A stretch of 64,000 nucleotides of DNA from Acutalibacteraceae bacterium (GTDB lineage: Bacteria > Bacillota > Clostridia > Oscillospirales > Acutalibacteraceae), in contig JAZULG010000124.1 of NCBI GenBank assembly GCA_045603005.1, forward strand, positions 8,124 to 72,123. Direction: 5' to 3'. The notes beneath the pieces were generated by a model that was not told the origin of the DNA, searched no databases, and saw only the letters and a program-made list of their open reading frames with translations. Shown here piece by piece: positions 22,170-31,972 of this stretch. The position numbers were made by a program, and so were the translations under genes. Position 1 is the first letter of the stretch, and each line of letters starts with the position of its first letter.

Positions 22170-23846
22170 GTGCTATCATACCTTAAAATAGAAAATATAG
22201 CTGTTATTGAGCATTCTGAAATTACTTTTGACAGCGGTCTAAATATCCTTACCGGTGAAACCGGTGCGGGTAAATCTATCGTAATTGATGCTATAAACGC
22301 AGTGCTTGGTGAGCGTACTTCCAAAGATATAATCCGTACAGGTTGCGATAAGGCCCGTGTTACTGCTTGTTTTGATGATATTTCTGATTCCATTGGAGAT
22401 TTACTTAATAAGTATGATATTGACAGTACCGACAACAGTATGCTTATAAGCAGGATAATCTCTTCTGACGGAAGGGGAAGCTGTAAGGTTAACGGCTGCC
22501 CTGTAACCGTTACAATGCTCAGGGAAATAGGAAGAAATCTTATTTCTATCTGTGGCCAGCACGATAGCCAGTTTTTACTGCAGAAGGACTGTCATTTGGG
22601 TTTTATTGATTCGATTGCAGCTGACGATGAATTACTTGACGAATACAGAGATATATACCGCAGAACAAAAGATGTGAAAAAGAAGCTGAAAAGTCTTCTT
22701 AAAAACGAGGATGAAAAGGAACGTCGCCTTGATATACTGAAATATCAGATTGAAGAGATTTCTATGGCTGATATATGTGTCGGTGAAAAACAAGAGCTTC
22801 TCAGGCAAAAGAATACTATCCGAAATATTGAAAAAATATCCGATTGTATAAACAGATGCGATGCTCTTCTTAACGGAAACGATACCGATTCCGGAATATT
22901 GAGTCTCATGCATAATTTCAGTAGCAGTATGAGTGAGCTGTCGAATTACGACGACTCTTTTTCGGCTATAGCTGACAGTGTTAATGATATGCTGTATATT
23001 CTTTCTGATTATTCATCTGAAATCAACGCCCGACTCTCGGAGGTTGAGTATTCATATTCTGATATTAATAGTATTGAAGAGAGACTTGACCTTCTTTACA
23101 GACTCTCTAAAAAGTACGGTGCTACCGAGGAAGAAATACTTGGCTTTCTCTCAAAAGCTCAGGATGAATATGATTCAATATCCAACAGCGATGAAATGAT
23201 TGAGGCACTTAACGAAGAGTTACTCGCTCTTGAGGATGAACTCTTCAAAAAAGGGTGCTACCTTTCCGATGCGAGAAAAAGTGCCGCAATCGACTTCGAA
23301 AATAAGATTAAGCGCGAGCTGAATTATCTTGATATGCCCGATGCTCTGTTTACTGTTGACTTTAAGGATATCACCGCCAACGAAACAGGTATGGATGATG
23401 TTGAGTTTCTGTTTTCTGCTAATGTCGGTCAGGAACCGAGACCCTTACATAAGATTGCATCCGGCGGTGAGCTTTCAAGAGTTATGCTTGCAATAAGATG
23501 TGTTCTCAGCGACACAGATATTACTTCAACTGTCATATTTGATGAAATAGATACCGGTGTAAGCGGCAGGGCTGCACACAAAATCGCATATAAAATGCAC
23601 GAGCTTTCAAAATATAAGCAAGTGCTTTGCGTAACACATCTTGCGCAGATTGCGGCTTACGCTGACAATCATCTTTATATTGAAAAACGGTCCGATGAAG
23701 AAAATACCTTCACAAATGTTTTTTCACTTGACTATGACGGTCGCATAAATGAAATTGCCCGTATAATCGGCGGTGAAGTTATTACTCCGAGTACCGTTGA
23801 ATCGGCAAAGGATATGATAGAGTACGCTAAAAGCGGTTCTTTTTAG
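22170..23846 (+). CDS. recN: DNA repair protein RecN
   Basis: GTG start after AAAGGAGGA. Walker A GETGAGKS, long coiled coil, signature SGGELSRVMLA, Walker B VIFDEIDTG. Confidence 0.95.
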   Translation: MLSYLKIENIAVIEHSEITFDSGLNILTGETGAGKSIVIDAINAVLGERTSKDIIRTGCDKARVTACFDDISDSIGDLLNKYDIDSTDNSMLISRIISSDGRGSCKVNGCPVTVTMLREIGRNLISICGQHDSQFLLQKDCHLGFIDSIAADDELLDEYRDIYRRTKDVKKKLKSLLKNEDEKERRLDILKYQIEEISMADICVGEKQELLRQKNTIRNIEKISDCINRCDALLNGNDTDSGILSLMHNFSSSMSELSNYDDSFSAIADSVNDMLYILSDYSSEINARLSEVEYSYSDINSIEERLDLLYRLSKKYGATEEEILGFLSKAQDEYDSISNSDEMIEALNEELLALEDELFKKGCYLSDARKSAAIDFENKIKRELNYLDMPDALFTVDFKDITANETGMDDVEFLFSANVGQEPRPLHKIASGGELSRVMLAIRCVLSDTDITSTVIFDEIDTGVSGRAAHKIAYKMHELSKYKQVLCVTHLAQIAAYADNHLYIEKRSDEENTFTNVFSLDYDGRINEIARIIGGEVITPSTVESAKDMIEYAKSGSF

Positions 23847-23864
23847 AAATAAACAGTTATACGC

Positions 23865-23893
23865 TTGACTTTGAGCGTATAAATCTGTAAAAT
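23865..23893 (+). promoter_or_regulatory. Sigma-A type promoter upstream of tyrS
   Basis: TTGACT (23865-23870), 17-nt spacer, TAAAAT (23888-23893). Confidence 0.55.
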
Positions 23894-23929
23894 ACAATGA
23901 ATACATATGAAAAGAAAGGAACGATTACA

Positions 23930-25156
23930 ATGAAAATATATGAGGAGCTTATCGCAAGAGGCTTGATAGCTCAGGTTACAAACGAAGAAGAAATCAGAGA
24001 GATGATCAACAACGGTAAGGCAACCTTCTACATCGGCTTTGACTGCACCGCAGACAGCCTTACTGCAGGCCATTTTATGGCGCTTACACTTATGAAGAGA
24101 CTTCAGATGGCAGGCAACAGACCTATTGCACTTATCGGTGGCGGTACAACAATGATCGGTGACCCCTCTGGCAGAACAGATATGCGTAAAATGCTCACTA
24201 AAGAGGATATCAACCACAACGCAGAGTGCTTCAAGAGACAGATGGAGCGTTTCATCGATTTTGGTGAAGGAAAAGCAATGATGGTCAACAATGCTGACTG
24301 GCTTTTGGGTCTCAACTATGTTGAGCTTCTCCGTGAAGTCGGCGCATGCTTCAGTGTTAATAAGATGCTTTCAGCAGAGTGCTATAAGCAGAGAATGGAA
24401 AAGGGTCTTTCCTTCCTTGAATTCAACTATATGATTATGCAGAGCTATGACTTCTACGAGCTCTTCAAAACCTATGGCTGTAACATGCAGTTCGGCGGAG
24501 ACGATCAGTGGAGCAATATGCTCGGAGGTACTGAGCTTATCCGTAAGAAACTCGGCAAGGACGCTCATGCAATGACAATTACACTTCTTACAGACTCACA
24601 AGGTAAAAAGATGGGTAAAACTGCAGGTAATGCAGTATGGCTTGACGCTAACAAGACTTCTCCCTTTGATTTTTATCAGTATTGGAGAAATGTAGGCGAT
24701 GCTGATGTACTCAAGTGCATCAAGATGCTTACATTCCTTCCAATTGAGGAAATTAATGCAATGGAAAGTTGGGAAGGCAGTCAGCTTAATAAAGCAAAGG
24801 AAATTCTTGCTTTTGAGCTTACAAAGCTCGTACACGGTGAGGAAGAAGCAAATAAAGCACAGGAGGGCGCAAGGGCACTTTTCTCAGGTGCAGGTAATAC
24901 TGATAATATGCCCACAACTGTACTTTCTTCAGCTGATTTTACAGACGGGGCAATCGGACTTATTGATATGATGCTTCAGGCAGGTATAATCAAATCACGA
25001 GGCGAAGGCAGAAGGCTTATTGAGCAGGGCGGTGTTACCGTTGATGATGTTAAGGCAGAAAGCTTTGCTGATGTTGTAAAGAACGATGCATTCGAAAAGG
25101 GATATGTAATCGTTAAAAAGGGTAAGAAGGTATTTGTTAAGTTTATCCTTGAATAA
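23930..25156 (+). CDS. tyrS: Tyrosine--tRNA ligase
   Basis: ATG 23930 (MKIYEELIARGLIAQVT). HIGH-type region DCTADSLTAGH, KMSKS-type KMGKT, C-terminal S4-like domain. Confidence 0.95.
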   Translation: MKIYEELIARGLIAQVTNEEEIREMINNGKATFYIGFDCTADSLTAGHFMALTLMKRLQMAGNRPIALIGGGTTMIGDPSGRTDMRKMLTKEDINHNAECFKRQMERFIDFGEGKAMMVNNADWLLGLNYVELLREVGACFSVNKMLSAECYKQRMEKGLSFLEFNYMIMQSYDFYELFKTYGCNMQFGGDDQWSNMLGGTELIRKKLGKDAHAMTITLLTDSQGKKMGKTAGNAVWLDANKTSPFDFYQYWRNVGDADVLKCIKMLTFLPIEEINAMESWEGSQLNKAKEILAFELTKLVHGEEEANKAQEGARALFSGAGNTDNMPTTVLSSADFTDGAIGLIDMMLQAGIIKSRGEGRRLIEQGGVTVDDVKAESFADVVKNDAFEKGYVIVKKGKKVFVKFILE

Positions 25157-25175
25157 TAAGAGAGGAGAACATTTT

Positions 25176-25763
25176 ATGACTAAAGGTGAGAGAAAAGTCA
25201 AATTCAATGTTCCGGCATTTATATTTTATACGTTAAGCGTTATTTCAGCTTTTGCCTGCTATTTTCTGTATGCATTTCTTCCTTCCTCTGATGAATTCAC
25301 TAATTCAATTGAATATTCAGGCAAGGAAACGGTGCAAGTTTTCGGTATATCCTTTGTAGCTGGCATACTCAGTGCTGTGCTTTTCGCGGTTATGGCTTTT
25401 GTTTTCAGAAAGTATTTCTATAATCTTTCTGTTGAACACGGCAACATCGGAAATCTCAGAATAAAAGGATCAACTGCAGAATGGATATCTCTGATTTTTT
25501 CAGTGCTGATATTCGCTACACTCTGCACAAGCGCCGTACTTTCATTTCTGTGCTTTAAAAATTTCTTAGATATGCCTGACCCATTTCTTAGCCCTACTGA
25601 CGGAACTGTTTATAAGAGCTATGAATACGTAATTCTCGGCAATACAATTGCACATTCTGCATTTTATCTGCTTACTCTTGTCAAGATGGTCGGTGTTAAT
25701 TGGCTTGATCTGATTGCACGGTCAATTGGAAAGATTTTCAGTAAAACAAAAACTAAAAAGTAA
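25176..25763 (+). CDS. Hypothetical multi-pass membrane protein (195 aa)
   Basis: ATG 25176 follows GAGAGGAG. There are four to five hydrophobic segments and no recognisable family. Confidence 0.5.
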   Translation: MTKGERKVKFNVPAFIFYTLSVISAFACYFLYAFLPSSDEFTNSIEYSGKETVQVFGISFVAGILSAVLFAVMAFVFRKYFYNLSVEHGNIGNLRIKGSTAEWISLIFSVLIFATLCTSAVLSFLCFKNFLDMPDPFLSPTDGTVYKSYEYVILGNTIAHSAFYLLTLVKMVGVNWLDLIARSIGKIFSKTKTKK

Positions 25764-25778
25764 AAAAGAGGTGACGAT

Positions 25779-28700
25779 ATGAATTTTAAGGATAAAAAGA
25801 TTTTTACAATCGCTACTGCCCATCTTGATACAGTCTGGAACTGGGATTTTGAGCATGTTATCAACGTTTGTCTTAAAGATACTCTTGAGCAAAACTTTGA
25901 GCTTTTTGAGAAGTATCCTGATTACCGTTTCAACTTTGAAGGCGCATATAGATACGAGCTTTTTGAGGAGTACTATCCCGAAAAGTTCGAAGAATTAAGA
26001 AAATATGTTGAGCAGGGCAAGTGGAACATCACCGGCAGCGGATATGAAAACGGTGATGTTAACGTACCGTCACCTGAAAACCTTTTCAGAAATATGCTTT
26101 ACGGCAATCTCTATTTTGAAAAGAAATTCGGAAAGAGAAGCAACGATATTTTCCTTCCTGACTGCTTCGGATTCGGTTGGGCTTTGCCTGCTATTGCAGA
26201 GCACAGCGGACTCAAAGGCTTTTCAACTCAGAAGCTTTCCTGGGGCAGTGCATACGGTGTTCCTTTTGATGTTGGCGTATGGTACGGCTCAAACGGCAAG
26301 AGAATTTTTGCTTCTCTTGACTCAAAATCCTACTGCACTAAGTTTAAGGAGGTACGCACCAAGAAAGACCTTCTTGAAAAGCTCAACAAAAACATTGCAG
26401 AATATAACCTTCCCTGGACCTTTGCCTACCACGGTGTAGGTGATGTCGGCGGTGCACCGAAGGAAGAGTCAGTAAAGACTGTATGCAACGAAATTGCAAC
26501 TAACGATACATCTGATATTAAGGTTCTTTCATCAACACCCACTGAGTTTTTTGATGAGCTTTCCAAGCTTTCAGAGGAGGAAATTGCAAGGCTCCCTACC
26601 TGGAACAACGAGCTTGTTATGACAAATCACGGTGTAGGCTCTTACATTTCACGTGCCTTCAGCAAAAGATATAACAGAAAAAATGAAGAGCTTGCAGATA
26701 TGGCAGAAAGAGCGTCTGTTGCTGCAATGACTCTTTGCGGTGCTGAATATCCGAAGGATGAGATTGACAAGGGATGGAAAAGAACAATCGCTCATACTTT
26801 CCACGATGATATTACAGGCACATCAGTCCAGAGAGTATACCAGCGTTCATGGAATGATCTTGTGCTCAGTGCTAATCAACTTTCCAACGCATACGAAGGC
26901 TCCACTGCTGAAGTTATCAAAACTCTTGACACATCATGGACCAAGGGCATTCCAGTTGTTATTTGTAACAGCATCGAACAGACAAGAATGTCATCTGTTG
27001 ACCTTACAATACCTTCAAAGGGATATAAATATGTTCGTGCATTTGACAAGAGCGGAAAAGAATTGCCCTGTCAGGTTAACAGCTATGATGATAAGACAAT
27101 GCACATTTCTGTTTCCGCAATTGTTCCGTCACTCGGATATAAGGTTGTAGACGTTGTTTTCAGTGACGTACCTTGTCAGCTCAGTTCAGGAATCAGAGTC
27201 GGCTCTAACGTTATTGAAAACTACAAATACATTGTTACCATTAATGAAAACGGTGATATTGCATCAATTATTGATAAAACACTTAACAATAAAGAAATTC
27301 TTGATAAGCCTATCCGTTTTGAACTCAATAAGTACAAGGGCGCACGAGAATATCCTGCATGGGAGCTTACCTATAAGGAAACAAAAGCCTTCCCGTGGGA
27401 GTTTGCCGAGAAGGGCGTTTGCACTGTTGAGCAGTCAGGTCCTGTCAGAGCTGCACTTAAGGTAGTACAGAAGGTTAACAAATCAACCTTTACCTATTAT
27501 GTATCTCTCGAAGCTGGCTGTCCTTGGGTCAGTGTATATAATGAAATCGAGTGGCGTGAATTCAAGAGAATACTTCATAACGGATTCTCATTTACCTGCA
27601 AGAACTCAAATGCTACATATGACCTTGGTCTTGGTACGATTTCAAGAGGTATTGCTCATAGCAAGCTTTACTCTGTTGTTGCTCAGAAATGGGCAGATAT
27701 AAGCAATGAAGACGGTAGCTTCGGTGTATCTGTATTCAGCGACTCAAAGTATGGCTGGATTATGAAGGATAACCGTACCCTCAAGCTTACGGTTGTACAT
27801 TCACCGAAAAACTGGTTCAGAGATGACAGTGTTCAGGGTATGCTTGATTTCGGTCTTAACAGATACGGTTATGCTATTTTCTCCCATAAGGGTAAGGTTG
27901 GCAAGGAAACGCAGCTTTATGCACGTTGCTTTGACCGTCCTTTCAACGCCTTTATCTCAGATAAGCACGACGGTTGTCTCGGTGATAGCTATTCCTTCGG
28001 CTCTATAAGCGCAGACAATGTTATTGTAAGAGCGATTAAGAAGGCTGAAAAAACTGATGAAATCGTAGTAAGATTTAATGAAGGTGATAACCGTAAGACA
28101 GAAAATGTTGAGTTTTCACTTGGTTCAGGTATCATCAGTGCCCGTGAAGTGAATGCCATGGAGGATGAATTAGGTCTTGCAGTTGTTAATGACGGTAAGC
28201 TTGTATTCAGCATAGAGCCTTATGAGGTAAAAACCTTTGCCCTTACACTTTCAAAAACAAAGGCAGGCACAAAGCAGGAGACTACTCCGCTTGAGCTTCC
28301 CTTCAATGCTGATATTGTTACCTTTAACCACAACAGAAATGCTGCCGCTATTCCTACGCTTGATGTATCAATCCCCGGCGAAATATTCCCCAAGGAAATA
28401 AATTGCTGCGGTGTCAAGTTCAAGACGGGCGACATATGGGGTGAGGGTAATAACTCTCTTATCTGCGAAGGCCAGACAATTGATGTTAACGCAAAGAAGG
28501 TATATTTTGTTGCGGCAAGTATTTACGGCGATAAGGTATATGATTTCAAGGTCGGCGATGAGGTTGTAAGCATCCCTGTTCAGGCTATTAATGAGAGAAT
28601 CGGCAAGTGGGATCTTTATGATCTTGCTGAGACTGCGAATATTAAAACCGACAAGCTTGCATGGGAATGTACACATACCCATTCTGTTATTTACGATGTT

Positions 28701-28952
28701 GCCGCTCAGCAGTTATTCTTCTTTATGTATGAGCTCAATACGGCAAATGCAGAAAGTATAACCTTCCCCGATGATAACGGACTTATTATTCTTGCAGCAG
28801 CTCAGAGCAATGATGATTCATTTATAAAGCTCGCAACACCTCTTTATGACAGAATCAAGGAACGTAATTTCGATTTCAAAATGTCATTCAAGGAAAAGCA
28901 GAGCTACAGAAAGCATAAAATTCTTGAAAAGAAGACTCCTAATAAGTCATAA
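25779..28952 (+). CDS. Glycoside hydrolase family 38 alpha-mannosidase, cytoplasmic
   Basis: N-terminal IATAHLDTVWNWDFE (GH38 metal-site His/Asp), FNFEGAYRYE, LPDCFGF. 1057 aa, no signal peptide. Confidence 0.85.
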   Translation: MNFKDKKIFTIATAHLDTVWNWDFEHVINVCLKDTLEQNFELFEKYPDYRFNFEGAYRYELFEEYYPEKFEELRKYVEQGKWNITGSGYENGDVNVPSPENLFRNMLYGNLYFEKKFGKRSNDIFLPDCFGFGWALPAIAEHSGLKGFSTQKLSWGSAYGVPFDVGVWYGSNGKRIFASLDSKSYCTKFKEVRTKKDLLEKLNKNIAEYNLPWTFAYHGVGDVGGAPKEESVKTVCNEIATNDTSDIKVLSSTPTEFFDELSKLSEEEIARLPTWNNELVMTNHGVGSYISRAFSKRYNRKNEELADMAERASVAAMTLCGAEYPKDEIDKGWKRTIAHTFHDDITGTSVQRVYQRSWNDLVLSANQLSNAYEGSTAEVIKTLDTSWTKGIPVVICNSIEQTRMSSVDLTIPSKGYKYVRAFDKSGKELPCQVNSYDDKTMHISVSAIVPSLGYKVVDVVFSDVPCQLSSGIRVGSNVIENYKYIVTINENGDIASIIDKTLNNKEILDKPIRFELNKYKGAREYPAWELTYKETKAFPWEFAEKGVCTVEQSGPVRAALKVVQKVNKSTFTYYVSLEAGCPWVSVYNEIEWREFKRILHNGFSFTCKNSNATYDLGLGTISRGIAHSKLYSVVAQKWADISNEDGSFGVSVFSDSKYGWIMKDNRTLKLTVVHSPKNWFRDDSVQGMLDFGLNRYGYAIFSHKGKVGKETQLYARCFDRPFNAFISDKHDGCLGDSYSFGSISADNVIVRAIKKAEKTDEIVVRFNEGDNRKTENVEFSLGSGIISAREVNAMEDELGLAVVNDGKLVFSIEPYEVKTFALTLSKTKAGTKQETTPLELPFNADIVTFNHNRNAAAIPTLDVSIPGEIFPKEINCCGVKFKTGDIWGEGNNSLICEGQTIDVNAKKVYFVAASIYGDKVYDFKVGDEVVSIPVQAINERIGKWDLYDLAETANIKTDKLAWECTHTHSVIYDVAAQQLFFFMYELNTANAESITFPDDNGLIILAAAQSNDDSFIKLATPLYDRIKERNFDFKMSFKEKQSYRKHKILEKKTPNKS

Positions 28953-28956
28953 ACAT

Positions 28957-28985
28957 AAAAGCACCTGCATTGTGCAGGTGCTTTT
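28957..28985 (+). terminator. Strong Rho-independent terminator
   Basis: AAAAGCACCTGCA (28957-28969) pairs with TGCAGGTGCTTTT (28973-28985). Confidence 0.85.
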
Positions 28986-29009
28986 AAAGAGCTTTAAAGA
29001 AAGGACGTT

Positions 29010-29837
29010 ATGATTTTGATTAAATCAAATTGTCATACACATACTTTATACTGCGACGGAAAGAATTCAGTCAGAGAGATGATTGACTCAGCGATTGATA
29101 AAGGGTTTATCAGCCTCGGATTTTCGGGTCATTCTCCTATGTATTTTGACAACGATTGGGCAATGTCGAAAGAAACAACGCAGAATTATATTGATGAGAT
29201 AAAAAAACTTAAATCTGAATATAAAGGTAAATTTGATATTCTTTGCGGAATAGAGCTTGATGCTGACCACTCTCTTGATAACCTTACTGAATTTGACTAT
29301 ATTATCGGCTCAGTACATCAATTCATAAGAGAAGATAAGGATTACCCTATAGATTTATCCGCTGAATTTCTCGAAGAGACCGTTAAAACAGTTTTTGACG
29401 GTGATTGGATGGCAATGTGCAAGGAATATTATACCCGACTCTCCGACTTTATATGTGCTGTAAAGCCTGATGTTATCGGACATATCGATCTTGTTACAAA
29501 ATATAACGAGAATAACTGTTTGTTTGATGAAAAAAACGCTGAATACCAAAAGGTAGCTCTTGAGACGGTTGATAAAATATTATCAGCCTGCGAAAACATT
29601 ATTTTTGAAGTGAACACAGGCGCTATGTACCGTGTCGGCAAAAAGGAACCGTATCCCGCACCGTTTATAATGGAACATCTCAGAAAAAATAATGCTAAAA
29701 TTACAATAACCTCTGATTCTCATTGCACACAATCGCTTGATTTCGGATTTGAGGAAGCTGTCGATTATTGCAAACGCTTCGGATTTAACAAAAACAGTAT
29801 ATTTACCTCTGAAGGAATAATAGAAACTGACTTATAA
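29010..29837 (+). CDS. PHP-family histidinol-phosphatase-like hydrolase
   Basis: CHTHTLYCDGK at the N-terminus, FSGHSP, GSVH, DSHC: the HisJ/PHP metal-ligand pattern. Confidence 0.75.
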   Translation: MILIKSNCHTHTLYCDGKNSVREMIDSAIDKGFISLGFSGHSPMYFDNDWAMSKETTQNYIDEIKKLKSEYKGKFDILCGIELDADHSLDNLTEFDYIIGSVHQFIREDKDYPIDLSAEFLEETVKTVFDGDWMAMCKEYYTRLSDFICAVKPDVIGHIDLVTKYNENNCLFDEKNAEYQKVALETVDKILSACENIIFEVNTGAMYRVGKKEPYPAPFIMEHLRKNNAKITITSDSHCTQSLDFGFEEAVDYCKRFGFNKNSIFTSEGIIETDL

Positions 29838-29874
29838 ATAATCAGCTCATTAGGGCTGATTATTAATATTTTTA
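29837..29874 (+). terminator. Rho-independent terminator
   Basis: 10-bp stem AATAATCAGC (29837-29846) pairs with GCTGATTATT (29855-29864), followed by an AT-rich T tract. Confidence 0.7.
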
Positions 29875-29903
29875 TTGATTTTTATGTAAATGTGATATAT
29901 AAT
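29875..29903 (+). promoter_or_regulatory. Sigma-A type promoter for the M42 peptidase cluster
   Basis: TTGATT (29875-29880), 17-nt spacer, TATAAT (29898-29903). Confidence 0.55.
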
Positions 29904-29937
29904 AAAAAGATAATAAAAAGAAACTTGGAGGCTTCAT

Positions 29938-30960
29938 ATGAACCTTAAAGAGCTTTGCTTTGAGCTGACGGATATTGCCGCTTCTTCAGGAGACGAGAGT
30001 ATTTTATCCACAGAGCTACACAGACGGTTAAGTGAATATATGCCCTGTAAAATTGATCATACAGGTAACGTCATCGGTACTTTTGGTAACGGAGACTACC
30101 ATATTCTGCTTGATGCACATATTGATCAGGTTGGTCTTATAGTGCGCAGCATCGATTCCAAAGGATTTTTGCTTGTCGACAGAATTGGATCGGTGGATTT
30201 AAGAATTCTTACAGGAGCTGAGGTTATTGTACACGGCAAGAATGAGCTTTTTGGCGTTATCTGCTCCGTACCACCTCATCTTCAGTCATCTGACAGCTCC
30301 GGAGAGCTTGACATAAGGACAATGGCGATTGACATCGGATATAGTGCAGAAGATGCAAAGAAGCTTGTTTCTGTTGGCGACAGAGTAACTGTGAGAGGCT
30401 TCCATAACGAGCTTTCCGGTGGCTGTATAAGCTCAATTGCTCTTGATAACAGAGCCGGCGTGGCAGCAATTATTTATGCTCTTAAGCTTGTTGAGAAAAA
30501 GCTCGAAAATGTAAAGCTTTCTGTTCTTTTTTCTGTGCAGGAGGAGGTCGGCTGTCGCGGTGCAGGTTGCGGCGCATTCTCACTTGATGCCGACTGTACG
30601 ATTGTTGTTGATGTCGGATTCGGCGACGATGCATATACTGACAAGGCTCAGACAATCTCGCTCGGAAAAGGTCCGTCAATCGGAATCAGTCCTGTGCTTG
30701 ATAAGCAACTGACAGATGAGCTTTCAGCTCTTGCCGAAACAAAGGATATTCCCATACAGAACGATGTGATGGGAAGAAATACGGGCACTAATGCAGACAG
30801 CCTATCCTTGGTTGGCTCAGGCGTTAAAACCGCCTTGTTGTCAGTGCCTCTAAGATATATGCACACAGCAAATGAGGTCGTATGTCTTGCCGATATTGAA
30901 AATACAGCAAAGCTGATTGCCGGATTTATTTTAAAAAAGGAGGCAGAGTTAAATGCTTAA
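29938..30960 (+). CDS. M42 family metallopeptidase (glutamyl aminopeptidase/endoglucanase-like)
   Basis: LDAHIDQVG, ALDNRAG, VQEEVGCRGAG, RYMHT. Confidence 0.85.
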   Translation: MNLKELCFELTDIAASSGDESILSTELHRRLSEYMPCKIDHTGNVIGTFGNGDYHILLDAHIDQVGLIVRSIDSKGFLLVDRIGSVDLRILTGAEVIVHGKNELFGVICSVPPHLQSSDSSGELDIRTMAIDIGYSAEDAKKLVSVGDRVTVRGFHNELSGGCISSIALDNRAGVAAIIYALKLVEKKLENVKLSVLFSVQEEVGCRGAGCGAFSLDADCTIVVDVGFGDDAYTDKAQTISLGKGPSIGISPVLDKQLTDELSALAETKDIPIQNDVMGRNTGTNADSLSLVGSGVKTALLSVPLRYMHTANEVVCLADIENTAKLIAGFILKKEAELNA

Positions 30961-31972
30961 ATATCTCGAAGAGTTATGCCTTCTTAACGGTACATCAGGC
31001 AGAGAAAACGCCGTACGTGAATACATTATTTCAAAAATAGACGGAAAATGCGACTACTGCGTTGATGCAATGGGAAATGTACTTGCGTTTAAAAAAGGGA
31101 CGAAAGCTGCAAAGAACAAGGTAATGCTTTCGGCTCATATGGATGAAGTTGCTCTGATAATTACTTATATCTGCGATAACGGGTTGCTTAGATTTACTAA
31201 TGTTGGCGGCATCGACAGTAAAGTACTGTCAGGCAGAGCCGTTTCCGTCGGCGAGAAAAAAATTACCGGTATAATCGGTAATAAGGCTGCACATCTGTGC
31301 AAGGATGGTGAAGCAACTACCGTTCAGAAAATTGACAGAATGTATATTGATATCGGTGCACGTTCGGCAGATGAAGCCAAAAAATATGTTTCAGTAGGTG
31401 ACTGTGCCTATTTTATGTCAGATTATATGCCATTCGGTGAGAATAAAATAAAAGCAAAAGCGATCGACGACCGTTTCGGATGCTCCATTATGCTTAAAAT
31501 GATAGATGACGGTGTCGAGTATGATACACACTTGGCTTTTCTTGTACAAGAGGAGGTTGGTTGTAGAGGAGCAGGTCCGGCTGTATTTTCAGTAAGACCT
31601 GATTATGCAATCGTACTTGAGGCGACAACCGCTTCAGATATTGCGGGAGTTGCACCGGAAAATTCAGTTTGTTCTCTCGGTAACGGTGCTGTTGTCTCGT
31701 TTATGGACAGAAGCACTGTTTATAACAGAGAACTTTTTAAAAAAGCTTTTGAGCTTGCAGACATCAATAACATAAAAATTCAACCCAAAACAACCGTTGC
31801 CGGCGGCAATGACGCAGGTGCAATCCACAAAGCCTGCGATGGTGTGCGTACAATTGCAATATCACTACCTTGCAGATATATACATTCTCCGACGTCCGTA
31901 GCAGATGTAACCGATATGAATTCCTGCTATGAACTCGCCAAAATACTTTCCGAGGAATTTGCCAATGCTTAG
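30953..31972 (+). CDS. M42 family metallopeptidase, tandem paralog
   Basis: SAHMDEVA, AIDDRFG, VQEEVGCRGAG, RYIHSP. 8-nt overlap with the upstream paralog. Confidence 0.85.
   Translation: MLKYLEELCLLNGTSGRENAVREYIISKIDGKCDYCVDAMGNVLAFKKGTKAAKNKVMLSAHMDEVALIITYICDNGLLRFTNVGGIDSKVLSGRAVSVGEKKITGIIGNKAAHLCKDGEATTVQKIDRMYIDIGARSADEAKKYVSVGDCAYFMSDYMPFGENKIKAKAIDDRFGCSIMLKMIDDGVEYDTHLAFLVQEEVGCRGAGPAVFSVRPDYAIVLEATTASDIAGVAPENSVCSLGNGAVVSFMDRSTVYNRELFKKAFELADINNIKIQPKTTVAGGNDAGAIHKACDGVRTIAISLPCRYIHSPTSVADVTDMNSCYELAKILSEEFANA

Noticed and set aside
23847-23929. I looked for a T-box riboswitch, specifier hairpin or terminator/antiterminator upstream of tyrS.
   Set aside because: The whole intergenic region is 83 nt and is mostly occupied by the promoter. 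There is no T-box sequence (AANNNGGGTGGNACCGCG-like) and no leader terminator. The short 8-bp hairpin at 23858-23881 overlaps the -35 and lacks a U-tract.
26005-28008. A chain of same-strand, same alternative-frame ORFs (144, 136, 103, 67 and 71 aa) inside the GH38 gene, which looked like a possible overlapping gene or frameshift.
   Set aside because: The GH38 frame is continuous for 1057 aa with family motifs at the N-terminus and no break. The alternative frame is interrupted repeatedly and encodes Leu/Ser/Thr-rich low-information sequence. This is consistent with stop-poor off-frames caused by codon usage.
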